Virus record (IMG/VR): IMGVR_UViG_2907202186_000003
Location: 32,001 to 96,000 of that record
Strand: one strand, 5' to 3'
DNA length: 64,000 nt
DNA from: a virus
Taxonomy: Duplodnaviria; Caudoviricetes
Shown: piece after piece, positions 11,525-21,607 of the stretch
How positions within the stretch are numbered: the stretch's first letter is position 1
Layout: every line of letters begins with the position of its first letter
Notes under the pieces: generated by a model
Told to the model about the DNA's origin: nothing
Database searches by the model: none
What the model saw: the letters and a program-made list of their open reading frames with translations, nothing else
Translations under genes and position numbers: made by a program

Positions 11525-12606
11525 TGTTTGCGGTAATTGGGCTAGGTCAGGCAGGATCTAATATTGCTGAGGAAGCTCAGAAGCAAGGATATCTATCTGG
11601 AGCAATTAATTACTCTCAGAAGGATTTGGATTCAGTAAATGTTAGTCACAAACTACGTTTACTTGGCTCAGAAGGAGTTGGTAAAAAGAGAGATGAAGCA
11701 ATACAACTATTTCAAGCACAATGGGAAGACGCATTAAGCTTCATTAAAGATAATTTTGCTAACGCGCAAGTCATTGCATTTACCTTCTCGCTATCCGGTG
11801 GTTCAGGAAGTGGTATAAGCCCCATTCTGTTAGAAGTTGCCCTCAACACTATGCCAGACTCCACATTCATAGCATTACCTATAATCCCCGAAGTTGCAGA
11901 ATCTGTTTCAGCTCAAATCAATACACTAAAGGCATTTGAAGAGTTATCACAGTTAAGCATAGCCACATTCCCTATTGATAATCAGCAAACCAGAAACGTC
12001 CATCCATCAATTGGTAAGAATATGCTTCTCGAAATCACCAATAAATCAGCAATCTCTCTCTTAGATACAATTTCTTCTTATACTGATAAGCATTCAAAAA
12101 ATGGAAACTTTGATAAAGAGGATCTGCTTACCATACTTAATAATCCTGGTATTGGGCTAATTAGTGAAGTCTGCATCGCTGCCCTAAATCAAAGTCTCAC
12201 ACTCACTCCTGAAAGTGTTGCCGAGAAGGTACGTCACTCATGGTCAAACTCAGTGTTCACTCCTATTGAATCAAATCACATTTCTAAAGCTGCAATTATA
12301 TTTGACGGCCAAGAATCTCTGATGGAATATATACGACATGATTTAATATTCACTCCGATGCCACTGGAATTGTTTGATGGAAATTACCATGAGCATACCG
12401 GGAAAATTGTCTCTATCATCACTGGTCTTCCATGGTCTTTAAAGCGTTTGTATGATATTGAAAAATCAATAAATACAAGACAAGAACAATTGGTAACATC
12501 AGGCCTAGATTCAAGCTTTCAATCAAAAGTTTCTTCGCTCAATCAACAACAAAAAAACACAGATAGGAAGTCTGTGTTGGATATTTTAAGCAAATACAAA
12601 CACTAA
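11524..12606 (+). CDS. Tubulin/FtsZ-family GTPase (TubZ-like)
   Basis: IGLGQAGSNI, GVGK, SGGSGSG tubulin signature, IDN, NFDKEDL T7 loop. Confidence 0.88.
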   Translation: MFAVIGLGQAGSNIAEEAQKQGYLSGAINYSQKDLDSVNVSHKLRLLGSEGVGKKRDEAIQLFQAQWEDALSFIKDNFANAQVIAFTFSLSGGSGSGISPILLEVALNTMPDSTFIALPIIPEVAESVSAQINTLKAFEELSQLSIATFPIDNQQTRNVHPSIGKNMLLEITNKSAISLLDTISSYTDKHSKNGNFDKEDLLTILNNPGIGLISEVCIAALNQSLTLTPESVAEKVRHSWSNSVFTPIESNHISKAAIIFDGQESLMEYIRHDLIFTPMPLELFDGNYHEHTGKIVSIITGLPWSLKRLYDIEKSINTRQEQLVTSGLDSSFQSKVSSLNQQQKNTDRKSVLDILSKYKH

Positions 12607-12621
12607 GAGGAGATGAATGGA

Positions 12622-12789
12622 ATGTTTAAAAATGAAATGCTGAATACTTTGGTTGGTGTCCAAAAAGAAGGGGTTCATATCTTCTTAACTGAGGAAGGAT
12701 GGAATGTATTTGTGGCTCTCATGAGCAACGAGGAAACGTTCTATCGGGAGATCAAGGAGATTACAACTACCAATGAGTTGGCTGTGTAA
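12622..12789 (+). CDS. Small hypothetical protein (55 aa) after the tubulin gene
   Basis: RBS GAGGAG, MFKNEMLNTLVGV...ELAV*; followed by a terminator hairpin at about 12798-12832. Confidence 0.5.
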   Translation: MFKNEMLNTLVGVQKEGVHIFLTEEGWNVFVALMSNEETFYREIKEITTTNELAV

Positions 12790-12945
12790 AGATAGTCCAG
12801 GGAGGGTTGTCATTAGATGTCCCTTCCCTTTTCTCCTTATGGGTAGACTATGGCTATGTAAATTAGGAACGCTTTGCTCCTAATTTTATGTGGCGCATTC
12901 AAAATTTATGCCTGTTCATGCTTGTTCTAATAAAATTCTTGGGAG

Positions 12946-13356
12946 TTGGTTACGTTGGCTAGAATTGAATCTATGTCATTTAGCCAGTTTTTAAACTACA
13001 GCTGTGAAGCTTCAAAGTTAAAAGACGTCCTAATATCACATCTCAAACGTCACAAGGTTGTGTATAGAGTTGTTGGAGTAACAATCATCATCTTTGCATC
13101 AGGTATAATTGATCCCACTCTCTACGCTTCAGGAACAGGAATCGATGCTGGAGGTCTAAAGATATATCACAAACTCGTTAACCTGGGTAAATGGGTGATC
13201 GTGATCAAGGGAGGATGGGATACAATTCAGAACACCATAAAGGGAGACTTTGACCATGCCAAAAAATCCTTCTTACAATACCTCATTATATACATCATCC
13301 TTCTTGCTCTCCCGTGGAGCCTTGATCAAATTGATTCTGTGTTTAAAAGCATCTAA
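12946..13356 (+). CDS. Membrane protein, TrbC/VirB2 pilin-like
   Basis: Leader ending LYAS, two hydrophobic helices separated by GDFDHAKK, ends LLALPW. Confidence 0.5.
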   Translation: MVTLARIESMSFSQFLNYSCEASKLKDVLISHLKRHKVVYRVVGVTIIIFASGIIDPTLYASGTGIDAGGLKIYHKLVNLGKWVIVIKGGWDTIQNTIKGDFDHAKKSFLQYLIIYIILLALPWSLDQIDSVFKSI

Positions 13357-13374
13357 TTATAAAGGGATGATAAC

Positions 13375-13677
13375 ATGATAATCAGAATTAACAGCATTCC
13401 CTTCCCCAATATACCCCCATCAAATGGAAACCCAATAACGAATGGAATTAGAAGTTGGGCAGAAGAAAAAACCACAGATATATTACTTGGAGTCTTAGAT
13501 TCTATTAGAAATGTATTTATAGATTTCAGTTATTCAGTAGCTTTAGTAGGCTGCGGACTATGTATTCTCTTCTGGGTTGTTGGATGGGATAAAGGCAAGA
13601 AATGGGCGGGAATATTATATCTAGCCAATGTACTGATTAAGTTCCTTCTAATGGGAGGAATGGCTTATGGCTCTTAA
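13375..13677 (+). CDS. Small two-TM membrane protein
   Basis: Two hydrophobic segments flanking GWDKGKKW. Confidence 0.6.
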   Translation: MIIRINSIPFPNIPPSNGNPITNGIRSWAEEKTTDILLGVLDSIRNVFIDFSYSVALVGCGLCILFWVVGWDKGKKWAGILYLANVLIKFLLMGGMAYGS

Positions 13678-16051
13678 ATTAAGCGAATATATTGAGATCA
13701 CAAAACCAGAATACGTCTTTTTAAAATTAAAGCCAAACAATTCTATCCGTAACAACTCAACTCACAAACTTGCTCGTGCCATATCTGGCCTATATAAAAA
13801 CGTCATTGAGAACATCGACAAAAAAGAAGAGATGATGATCAAGTTTTTAGGTAAAGATTTCATCATACCAACTAAAATTACAATCCATACGAATTCAAAA
13901 GTAAGTTACTTCATCTATATGGAACAGAAGAAAATTGAGTTTTACTTCATTGTTCCAAGCCATCAAATCATGTACATCAAGGAGAAAATAAATGATGTAT
14001 GGACTCAGCTGACGGTTGAAGAAGTAACAGAACTCCCTTCCTTCAATGAGGAATCAACCAAGTTCCAGATCCTCTATAAAAACGAAGATGGAATGAGTCT
14101 TGCCACCGATAGACGCAATAACGACCTCCTTCACTCCAATCTAAACGCTATCGAAATGCTTAAGGAAGGCGATAAACTTGGTGTATTCTATAATTTCATT
14201 CCTTCTTCTCAACATGGTTGGAGATATAAACATAAGTCCACAATTGAAAAATTAAAATCTGGTAAACCTGTTGATCGTGATAAGACTGGATGGAGATACA
14301 TGTTTAAATGGGGTATCTCGATCATTGATTCATTAATAAATACCTTATCTGATGCCATATCTGCAGCTGGCACAGCAAACAAAAAATCTGATGAAAGTGG
14401 GTTTTTATCAAGTCTTATTAATTCACTTTCAGGCACAGATAAAGCGAAAGTTAGTGACAGTACACTCAGGAAAGGAACTGCTTCCATCTTATCCACACAG
14501 ATTGTGGTTATGGGAAGCAGTTCAGATCCGCTTAGACAGCGAAATACAGTCAAAAGCTTAGCGCAGAGTTTTGATACGATTAGCGAAGATAATGAACTTA
14601 TTTACAAGCCATACCGGAAAAAATTTAAATTCACTGATTATAATATCAAAGCCGAGAAAATAATGGTTGGCGATGGCGAAGCTCAGAACTTTCTTTCCCT
14701 TGCTGGGAGAGATATTTTAGAGCAATATAATTTTATTGAGAAAGTGGAGACGTTTGAAACTGAAGTACCAGAGGATCTTCGCACCGGAACAATGTGCATA
14801 GGAGAAAATGTTTACAAAGGATCAAAGCAAAAAGCTTTTTTAAGTAATGACACCGAATTTAGAAATTTACTTCTCCTACTTATTGGCCCCACAAGAGCAG
14901 GTAAATCTAATCTAATTGCTAATTTATCAATAGATGCAATAGAGGCAGATGAATGTGTCATTATCTTTGACTTCATTGAAAACTGTGAGCTGAGCGATAG
15001 CGTTTCAAAGTTATTCCCAAAAGAAAAGGTTCTTGAAATACGTTGCGATGACTTTGAAACAATGCAAGGGTTAGGATTTAATGAAGTCGGTCAAAGTAAT
15101 GATGTATTCAAACAGTATGAGAATGCCAAACGTCAAACTGCTAATACGCTTACCCTCATCAATTCCATTAATGCAAGCGATAGTCAGTTAAGTCCCAAAA
15201 TGGAAAGATATTTAGAAAGCGCTAGCCTCATCGTTTTTATTAGTACGGGTAGTATTAAAGATGTGTTTGCTGTTCTGCAGAATCATAATGCGAGAATGAA
15301 ATTCTTGAATAAAGTGCCCAGAAATCAGATAAACAATCTTGAAGAATATATTGATAGCTTACATGAACTAGATGAAACAGATAAAGAAGCTTTGATTGTT
15401 GGTACAAAAACTCACTTGATCACAGGAATCATTGACCGTTTAAACATCTTAAAAAGGAACACCTACATGGAGTTAATGCTTAAAAAAGACACAAAGGATA
15501 ATATTGATTTAAGTTTAGAGATGCAGAAAAACCAATTGATTGTTATTAAGATGCCACAGTCCATGTTTACGACTGACAGTGAAAAAGATATTTGCACTAC
15601 GTACTGGATTACGAAAATCTGGCTTTCGCTTCAGGTTCGCGCTGACCGTATTCGAGATAAGAGTAAACGTACAAAAGTTAACCTCATCATTGATGAACTG
15701 TACCAGGTCGAGAACACTGAACGCTTCGTAACGTCAAAGCTATCTCAAATAGCAAAGTTCATCATGAAACCAATTATTAGTTGTCATTACATAAACCAAT
15801 TGAAGCACATGAGAGATGAACTTCGCAGCGCAAACACATCATACATGTTATTGGCTGGTTGTGATAAAAAGAATTTTGATGAGTTGAGAAGCGAACTCTA
15901 CCCTTTTACAGATGAGGATCTGAAGAATCTGAAAAGGTATCATTCCATAAACTACGTTAAATGTGACCGAGGATATTCAAGATTTATTACTAAGCTTCCT
16001 GGAAAAGTCGAATCAAGAATAAGAAACAAAAATAAACCGTCTTGTGAGTAG
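13667..16051 (+). CDS. FtsK/HerA-superfamily P-loop ATPase (VirB4/VirD4-like)
   Basis: Walker A GPTRAGKS, IIFDF, Walker B LIIDE, and HYINQL in place of the usual Q-x-x-x-Q-L motif. Confidence 0.78.
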   Translation: MALKLSEYIEITKPEYVFLKLKPNNSIRNNSTHKLARAISGLYKNVIENIDKKEEMMIKFLGKDFIIPTKITIHTNSKVSYFIYMEQKKIEFYFIVPSHQIMYIKEKINDVWTQLTVEEVTELPSFNEESTKFQILYKNEDGMSLATDRRNNDLLHSNLNAIEMLKEGDKLGVFYNFIPSSQHGWRYKHKSTIEKLKSGKPVDRDKTGWRYMFKWGISIIDSLINTLSDAISAAGTANKKSDESGFLSSLINSLSGTDKAKVSDSTLRKGTASILSTQIVVMGSSSDPLRQRNTVKSLAQSFDTISEDNELIYKPYRKKFKFTDYNIKAEKIMVGDGEAQNFLSLAGRDILEQYNFIEKVETFETEVPEDLRTGTMCIGENVYKGSKQKAFLSNDTEFRNLLLLLIGPTRAGKSNLIANLSIDAIEADECVIIFDFIENCELSDSVSKLFPKEKVLEIRCDDFETMQGLGFNEVGQSNDVFKQYENAKRQTANTLTLINSINASDSQLSPKMERYLESASLIVFISTGSIKDVFAVLQNHNARMKFLNKVPRNQINNLEEYIDSLHELDETDKEALIVGTKTHLITGIIDRLNILKRNTYMELMLKKDTKDNIDLSLEMQKNQLIVIKMPQSMFTTDSEKDICTTYWITKIWLSLQVRADRIRDKSKRTKVNLIIDELYQVENTERFVTSKLSQIAKFIMKPIISCHYINQLKHMRDELRSANTSYMLLAGCDKKNFDELRSELYPFTDEDLKNLKRYHSINYVKCDRGYSRFITKLPGKVESRIRNKNKPSCE

Positions 16052-16056
16052 GCGGT

Positions 16057-16428
16057 TTATTTATCAAAAAGTTTATCAATTACAATCCCTAAATAATTTG
16101 CTAATGATACCTCAGTGTCAAATTTCACTTTGCTCCATAATAATGTGATTTGGTGCTTATAATTCCTACACGAATAATCTGCAATTAATCGATCATCATG
16201 TTTTGTTTGTTCTATAATTTTAATACCTTTGATTCGCATTTCGTTTTTTACCTCATAAATATCTTTCGTTACTAGATCCTGAATTTCTTCTAATTTAATA
16301 CTATAAACACGAGACATTTTCAAACTGCTTTCCTTCATCTTTTTCTTGTCTAATTCCAATACGTCAAGAAGATAGGGCAATTCTAAATACCTCTTTACGA
16401 TTTTCAAGTCTTCCTCAGTTTGTCTCAT
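16057..16428 (-). CDS. Conserved Bacillales hypothetical protein
   Basis: Last gene of the SOS operon; RYLELPYLLDVLELD. Confidence 0.6.
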   Translation of the reverse strand: MRQTEEDLKIVKRYLELPYLLDVLELDKKKMKESSLKMSRVYSIKLEEIQDLVTKDIYEVKNEMRIKGIKIIEQTKHDDRLIADYSCRNYKHQITLLWSKVKFDTEVSLANYLGIVIDKLFDK

Positions 16429-16441
16429 CCTTTAACCTCGT

Positions 16442-16777
16442 TCATTGAACTTTCACTGAAATAATCTCGTTGAAATCCACCCATTCAAACCCACAATCAC
16501 TCTCAACCTTAAACTTCCTCTGGATTTGACTTACACTTGTTACAACTCCATTCACTTCGGAATACTCGTACTCTCCAAAAATAATCACCGATATACTTTC
16601 ATGTTCGCTCAAAGAAAGGTTTATGTTTTGAAAAATTAGTTCCCACTCATCTTCATGAATTATCGGTTTAGTTTTCTTTTTGTGAAGCTTTTGATTCTCA
16701 ATGATCCGCTCCCTATGTTGAGGTAACATCATACGACTCGACTCCCATATGCCGTTCCCCTGCAGCTTTTTACTCAT
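16442..16777 (-). CDS. yolD: YolD-like protein
   Basis: MSKKLQGNGIWESSRMMLPQH signature; ATGA overlap with the polymerase gene. Confidence 0.85.
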   Translation of the reverse strand: MSKKLQGNGIWESSRMMLPQHRERIIENQKLHKKKTKPIIHEDEWELIFQNINLSLSEHESISVIIFGEYEYSEVNGVVTSVSQIQRKFKVESDCGFEWVDFNEIISVKVQ

Positions 16778-18030
16778 CTGTAATGACCTCCTATTTTAGC
16801 TGCTCTATCCATCGCCTGCCCCGCACTCGTTAGTGAACTAGCTCTTAAAATGGATATTTCTCCGAAACGATCTTTTATCTCGTCCATAACCCTGTCGACT
16901 GCCCGTAAGTGCTCCTTACTGTTCTCGAAAATAGATATCTGATAAGTGTTTGAATCACTTAAATCAGATAGTGATACACCTACTCGCCTTACAGGTAGTC
17001 CGTTCCAATTCTGATAAAAGAGCCGCTTAGCTATCGCAAATACTTCTTGTGTAATATTTGTTGGATCTGGCAATTTCATTTGACGGTGAAACCCTGTTCT
17101 TATGTCAAAGTCAGCTCCCGATATACCAACAGATACAACAGAACCGTGATACCCCTTTTGCCTAGCTCTACGACAAACCTCCGTACTAATGTCTAATAAT
17201 ACAACTTCTATATCCCTAGCTTCTGAATAGTCACGAGGAAGCGTCATACCGTTTCCTATTTCACGTTGTTGATTGTGTGTAGTTAATGTTACTGGAGAGT
17301 CATCAAGGCCATTCGCAACCCGCCATATAACTTCACCATTTACTCCCCATTTCTTTCTTAGTTTGGATAATGGAGTATTTGCTAAGTCACCTATTGTTAT
17401 AATCCCCATTTTATAAAGATGCTTCTCCATCCTGGAGCCAATGCCCCACATCTTACGGATTGGCTGTTTCCATATGAAATTACTTAATTCATCTTTTCGG
17501 AGGTAATAAACTCCACCATCAATTTTTTTCGCAATCATGTCGCAGCAGAGCTTACTCAATATCTTGTTTTCTCCAATACCTGCTCTCGCATAAATGCCTG
17601 TTTCATTATAAATCTTCTGTTGAATTTGTTTAGCCATATCAACCGCATTATCGGCAAACAAATGCATTGAATTGGTCAAGTCTGCAAACATTTCGTCAAT
17701 GCTGTAGCACTCTACAAGGTCTGTAAATGACTCAACAATCTGTGTTATATGGGAAGATACCTCAATGTATTCTTGCATGTGTGGCTGGACTACAACTGCT
17801 TCTGGACACTTCTGAAGAGCTTGCCATAATACTTCTCCCGTTTCCACACCGAACGATTTTGCAATAGGACAAGCAGCTAAAATAATACCCGATCTTCTCG
17901 ATGGATCTCCAGCAACAACCAGAGGTTCATTTTTATATTTTGGCACTTTTGCCTTTTCAACACTGGCATAGAAACTTTGCATGTCAATTAACATAACAGT
18001 TCTTGGTTTCTTCAACATGCCATCATTCAT
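16774..18030 (-). CDS. uvrX: Y-family translesion DNA polymerase (UvrX/PolY2-like)
   Basis: DMQSFYASVE, YSIDE, GIGENKILSK, WGIG motifs. Confidence 0.93.
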   Translation of the reverse strand: MNDGMLKKPRTVMLIDMQSFYASVEKAKVPKYKNEPLVVAGDPSRRSGIILAACPIAKSFGVETGEVLWQALQKCPEAVVVQPHMQEYIEVSSHITQIVESFTDLVECYSIDEMFADLTNSMHLFADNAVDMAKQIQQKIYNETGIYARAGIGENKILSKLCCDMIAKKIDGGVYYLRKDELSNFIWKQPIRKMWGIGSRMEKHLYKMGIITIGDLANTPLSKLRKKWGVNGEVIWRVANGLDDSPVTLTTHNQQREIGNGMTLPRDYSEARDIEVVLLDISTEVCRRARQKGYHGSVVSVGISGADFDIRTGFHRQMKLPDPTNITQEVFAIAKRLFYQNWNGLPVRRVGVSLSDLSDSNTYQISIFENSKEHLRAVDRVMDEIKDRFGEISILRASSLTSAGQAMDRAAKIGGHYR

Positions 18031-18046
18031 CCCCTCAACAAAAATA

Positions 18047-18088
18047 AGAACATCCGTTTGTATATATTATATACCGAACAGACGTTCT
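18047..18088. promoter_or_regulatory. Two LexA (Cheo) boxes upstream of the polymerase operon
   Basis: AGAACATCCGTTTG (18047-18060) and CGAACAGACGTTCT (18075-18088) match CGAAC-N4-GTTCG. Confidence 0.85.
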
Positions 18089-18176
18089 TTATGCAAGAGG
18101 TATTTTATTACTTCACAGGAGGGTATATGTATAAGCTTGTCGAATTGATCCGTATTACATAAAAAGGAGTTTAGAA

Positions 18177-18665
18177 ATGAAGGACAAATTAAAGGGATTA
18201 GTGCTTGGTTTGGCAATTGGGACAATGTTAACAGGAGCAACAGCATTTGCAGCAAATGGAACCACAAATATTAAAGTTGCCATTCAGAAATTAGGTATTT
18301 ATGTTGATGGAACAAAAAAGACTTCAGCTGACGCAATAATTTATAATGGAACGACTTATGTACCAGCACGATCAGTTAGCAATGCAATAGGCAAAGAAAT
18401 TGGGTTGGTTAACGGTGACCTATATATTGGAAAGCAACCCAAAATGACAATAACCGAATCTCAAGCAATTAGTTTGGTTAAGAAAAAATATGGAGTTAGT
18501 TCACCTAAGCTTCATGTTGAAGTCGATCATCTTGAAGGCAACTCTTATGTAGTCCATGTTTATGAAGTAGTTATTGATGATGTTAAGTCTGGCGAAGGTC
18601 ACACTGCAACTTATGGATGGTATTACGTAGATAAATCATCTGGTGCAATAACATCGATGTTTTAA
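18177..18665 (+). CDS. Secreted protein with copper-amine-oxidase-like N-terminal (stalk) domain
   Basis: Signal peptide ending TAFA; YNGTTYVPARSVSNAIG motif typical of Paenibacillus surface proteins. Confidence 0.75.
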   Translation: MKDKLKGLVLGLAIGTMLTGATAFAANGTTNIKVAIQKLGIYVDGTKKTSADAIIYNGTTYVPARSVSNAIGKEIGLVNGDLYIGKQPKMTITESQAISLVKKKYGVSSPKLHVEVDHLEGNSYVVHVYEVVIDDVKSGEGHTATYGWYYVDKSSGAITSMF

Positions 18666-18772
18666 CGAATTAATAAGAGACCTCATAAATATGTGGTCTC
18701 TTATTTGGTTTCTTATGAAAGATTCCTTTTATCTATTCTCACATATCATTTTTTTAAGGAGTTAATTAGTCA

Positions 18773-19456
18773 ATGTTAATGATACGAATAATCCATTCTA
18801 ATTCTGTTGTTCAGTTCGAAATGTTAAACGATTATGCAGAGGAAATGGAAGAATTAATCAAGTCCAAATCCACGAAATATCTGGAACGTTTAAAAGAACT
18901 ATCTAATAAATACAGTGAAGATGAACAAGATGATTTCTGGTATTATAACAGAGAACGCCTAACTCAATTTCACGTTGATTATCCTAACTTACTACGTTCT
19001 TCTATATTAATATCTGCAATTTCTGAATTAGAAAACGTACTTAAAAAAATCAAACAAGAACTAATAAATTATTCGATCTTAGATCCTGAAGACTTTACCA
19101 AAAAGAACAAGGAAGAAAAGGGAAGTTCTATCGAAAAAACACTAAAAATATTCTGCGATAAACTTTCTATTGGGCTAATTTCTGAATTAGATTCATGGAA
19201 CGAAGTAAGATTTTTAATTGATATCAGAAATAGAGTGACACATAGTGTCGGGCAAGTTCATCCTATTGAACAAGAGAGACTTTATAATCTTCTGAGTTTA
19301 ATGGAGGAGTCTGATGATAGAACGATAAGACTCAGTCCCTATCATGAATTAATATTTTTAGAAAATTCATCAACCTTTATTATCAATTCTTGTTTGAAAC
19401 TTTTAAAGAGTATTACAGAGAGCGTATTAACAACCGTTGCTGTATCTAAAAATTAA
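18773..19456 (+). CDS. HEPN-domain protein (putative RNase/Abi effector)
   Basis: Helical protein with SELE and the R-x4-H motif IRNRVTH; own terminator at about 19461-19489. Confidence 0.65.
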   Translation: MLMIRIIHSNSVVQFEMLNDYAEEMEELIKSKSTKYLERLKELSNKYSEDEQDDFWYYNRERLTQFHVDYPNLLRSSILISAISELENVLKKIKQELINYSILDPEDFTKKNKEEKGSSIEKTLKIFCDKLSIGLISELDSWNEVRFLIDIRNRVTHSVGQVHPIEQERLYNLLSLMEESDDRTIRLSPYHELIFLENSSTFIINSCLKLLKSITESVLTTVAVSKN

Positions 19457-19764
19457 CTACAAGGCTACAGTAATTGTAGCCTTTTTTTTATTCAGAAAAT
19501 CAAATATGTATTTCATACTAATTCAGTACCATAGTAAACGTATGTATTGTCATCATTTTTCTTAAATTTAGTAATTGCAGAATAATCAGAATATCCTCTC
19601 TTAGCCAAATCGATACCAACATGATAAAAATAATCTTCATCATCAATCTGGAGCAGAATTTTCTGTAATGAATCATTTTCATTAATATCTTTTGTATCTC
19701 CATCGTAAACTAATTTCTCGATCACGGTTAAACACTCTCCCTTTTTCATCAAACACGCATTTCA

Positions 19765-20253
19765 TCACAATTTATAAAGTGTTACCCTATAATCACAGAA
19801 AGTCTCTTCTATGATCCCTTTCACTACATCCCAATCCCCATTTGCTAAACCGCAGCCGATATTAAATGGTAATGCAACACTCAGACCACGCTTTTGAGCT
19901 TCATTTTTCAGTGTAGTTAGAGATTCCTTAAGTGCCTCATAATCTGTATATCTAAGCTTCCGTCTCCCATAGTTCAACTGACCAAATAAGTTGGAAATAT
20001 ATTTATCTCCAGTTTTAACAATGTGACACTTACCTAATAAATCGTGTGGATCGTAGTTATTGCAAAACTGCTTATAGGATGGATATAGATTTGAATATTT
20101 GTCTCTTAGTAATTTGGCTACACCAGATCCCATAACACCTTGGCAATTTACTTGATGTCCTATGATATCTTCAGATGCATCAAGTAAATTACCTTTAATT
20201 ATCTTAATCATTTTTTCATCTCCTCTATAGTAATCTCGACCAATAAACAGCAT
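19765..20253 (-). CDS. Macro domain (Poa1p-like) ADP-ribose processing protein
   Basis: GNLLD, HQVNCQGVMGSGVA, IGCGLANGDW. Confidence 0.88.
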   Translation of the reverse strand: MLFIGRDYYRGDEKMIKIIKGNLLDASEDIIGHQVNCQGVMGSGVAKLLRDKYSNLYPSYKQFCNNYDPHDLLGKCHIVKTGDKYISNLFGQLNYGRRKLRYTDYEALKESLTTLKNEAQKRGLSVALPFNIGCGLANGDWDVVKGIIEETFCDYRVTLYKL

Positions 20254-20929
20254 CCATATGAAGGGAATCTATCGTGGGTGTCTCTGCGTATGTATCATTT
20301 TCATCACCAAGTTGATGTTCAGCATTATCGAAACGGTAAAATTCCATTTGATCAAGAGTTGAATTACTCAGCAAAATTGGAGACGAAGCATTTCTACATA
20401 GATCATAGTCACTACGCTCTTCATTGATTATTCTATTCACTTCTTTTTGAGCGTCCTCGATGTGATCTCGAAGAAATAGAAACGCTCCTTGAGCAGTCGG
20501 CTCTCCACTATACTTAATGCCTAGCGCCACTTCGACACCTTCAATTGCCTTTCTTTGCTTTTCTGACATTGGTTTTATCATAATCCACCCTTTCTATTTC
20601 TTTATGAAACGTGCCTTTTACTGAATCAAGATTTTTAATTTTTCAAGATGTTTATTATACTCTTCTTGTCTATCCTCTGATATATATACAACATCCTCCG
20701 ACCATTCTTTTAGTAAATCTGGGAGTTTTGCAGTATAAAGTGAATTACAATAGATATGCTCACCTTTTATAACGTAAGTAGTTTGTTTATTTCCCCCATA
20801 AAAATAATTCAAGGTGTCCTTTAGCTCTTCAGTATAAAAATTCGATTCAATTACATCAAAAGAGTCTAATTCCCGTATTACAATATAGAACATCATCGTC
20901 ACCTCTCTAGTTTCAATAAAATAGACCTT

Positions 20930-21607
20930 TCATCCCAACACTCCAAACAATACATCTAATTCATAATCGTACTGTGGTTTCAACGTATACAGTCTCTTAC
21001 CTGACTGTCTTGCATAACGAACACAATTACCCGTGCCACCCTTCGTTCCATCCCACGCAGCAACAATTGTCAGACTTTGATCGACCATATATTCATTGCG
21101 CTTCTGCATCTTAGCTACATGGTATTCACCTACAATAACACCATCCACTTTATAATCTGCTAACTCGTCCACATATACAACTTCATCAGCCATATCGAGC
21201 ATCTTCTTGTACCATATCTGAGTTTCACGATCATTCCATTTAGAAGCCTGATTCTTGAACGGTACGGCAACGATATTTTTAATGTTTGGGTAATATGTCT
21301 TTTTAAGTCTTCGCACAGTCCAGAATGCTATTTGATCAAAACCAATAGCGCCACCTGAAATGAATCGCTCAATTCCTTCATCTTCAATCAAGTCAATCAA
21401 TACAGGCTCAAGTTTGCTATGTATGTATTTAGACTGAACATCTGATAGACTGTAGCAATTGCCGAGTTTATTGGGTCGATGACCCGTGAAGCAAACCGTC
21501 TTACGTTCAAGCTTTTCTTTTAGTTGTTCTTGTTTGTGCCGTTCTTCTATTCTTCGCTTTAAATCTTCTCTTCCTTCTGGCGTATTGAGTTTGGCGAAGT
21601 CCACCAT
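20930..21607 (-). CDS. YspA/DUF1273 SLOG-family protein
   Basis: FTGHRP, SGGAIGFDQ, RNEYMVD, WDGTKGGT. Confidence 0.88.
   Translation of the reverse strand: MVDFAKLNTPEGREDLKRRIEERHKQEQLKEKLERKTVCFTGHRPNKLGNCYSLSDVQSKYIHSKLEPVLIDLIEDEGIERFISGGAIGFDQIAFWTVRRLKKTYYPNIKNIVAVPFKNQASKWNDRETQIWYKKMLDMADEVVYVDELADYKVDGVIVGEYHVAKMQKRNEYMVDQSLTIVAAWDGTKGGTGNCVRYARQSGKRLYTLKPQYDYELDVLFGVLG

Noticed and set aside
12946-16051. Complete conjugative T4SS
   Set aside because: No relaxase, VirB6/VirB8, adjacent hydrolase or second ATPase in the module
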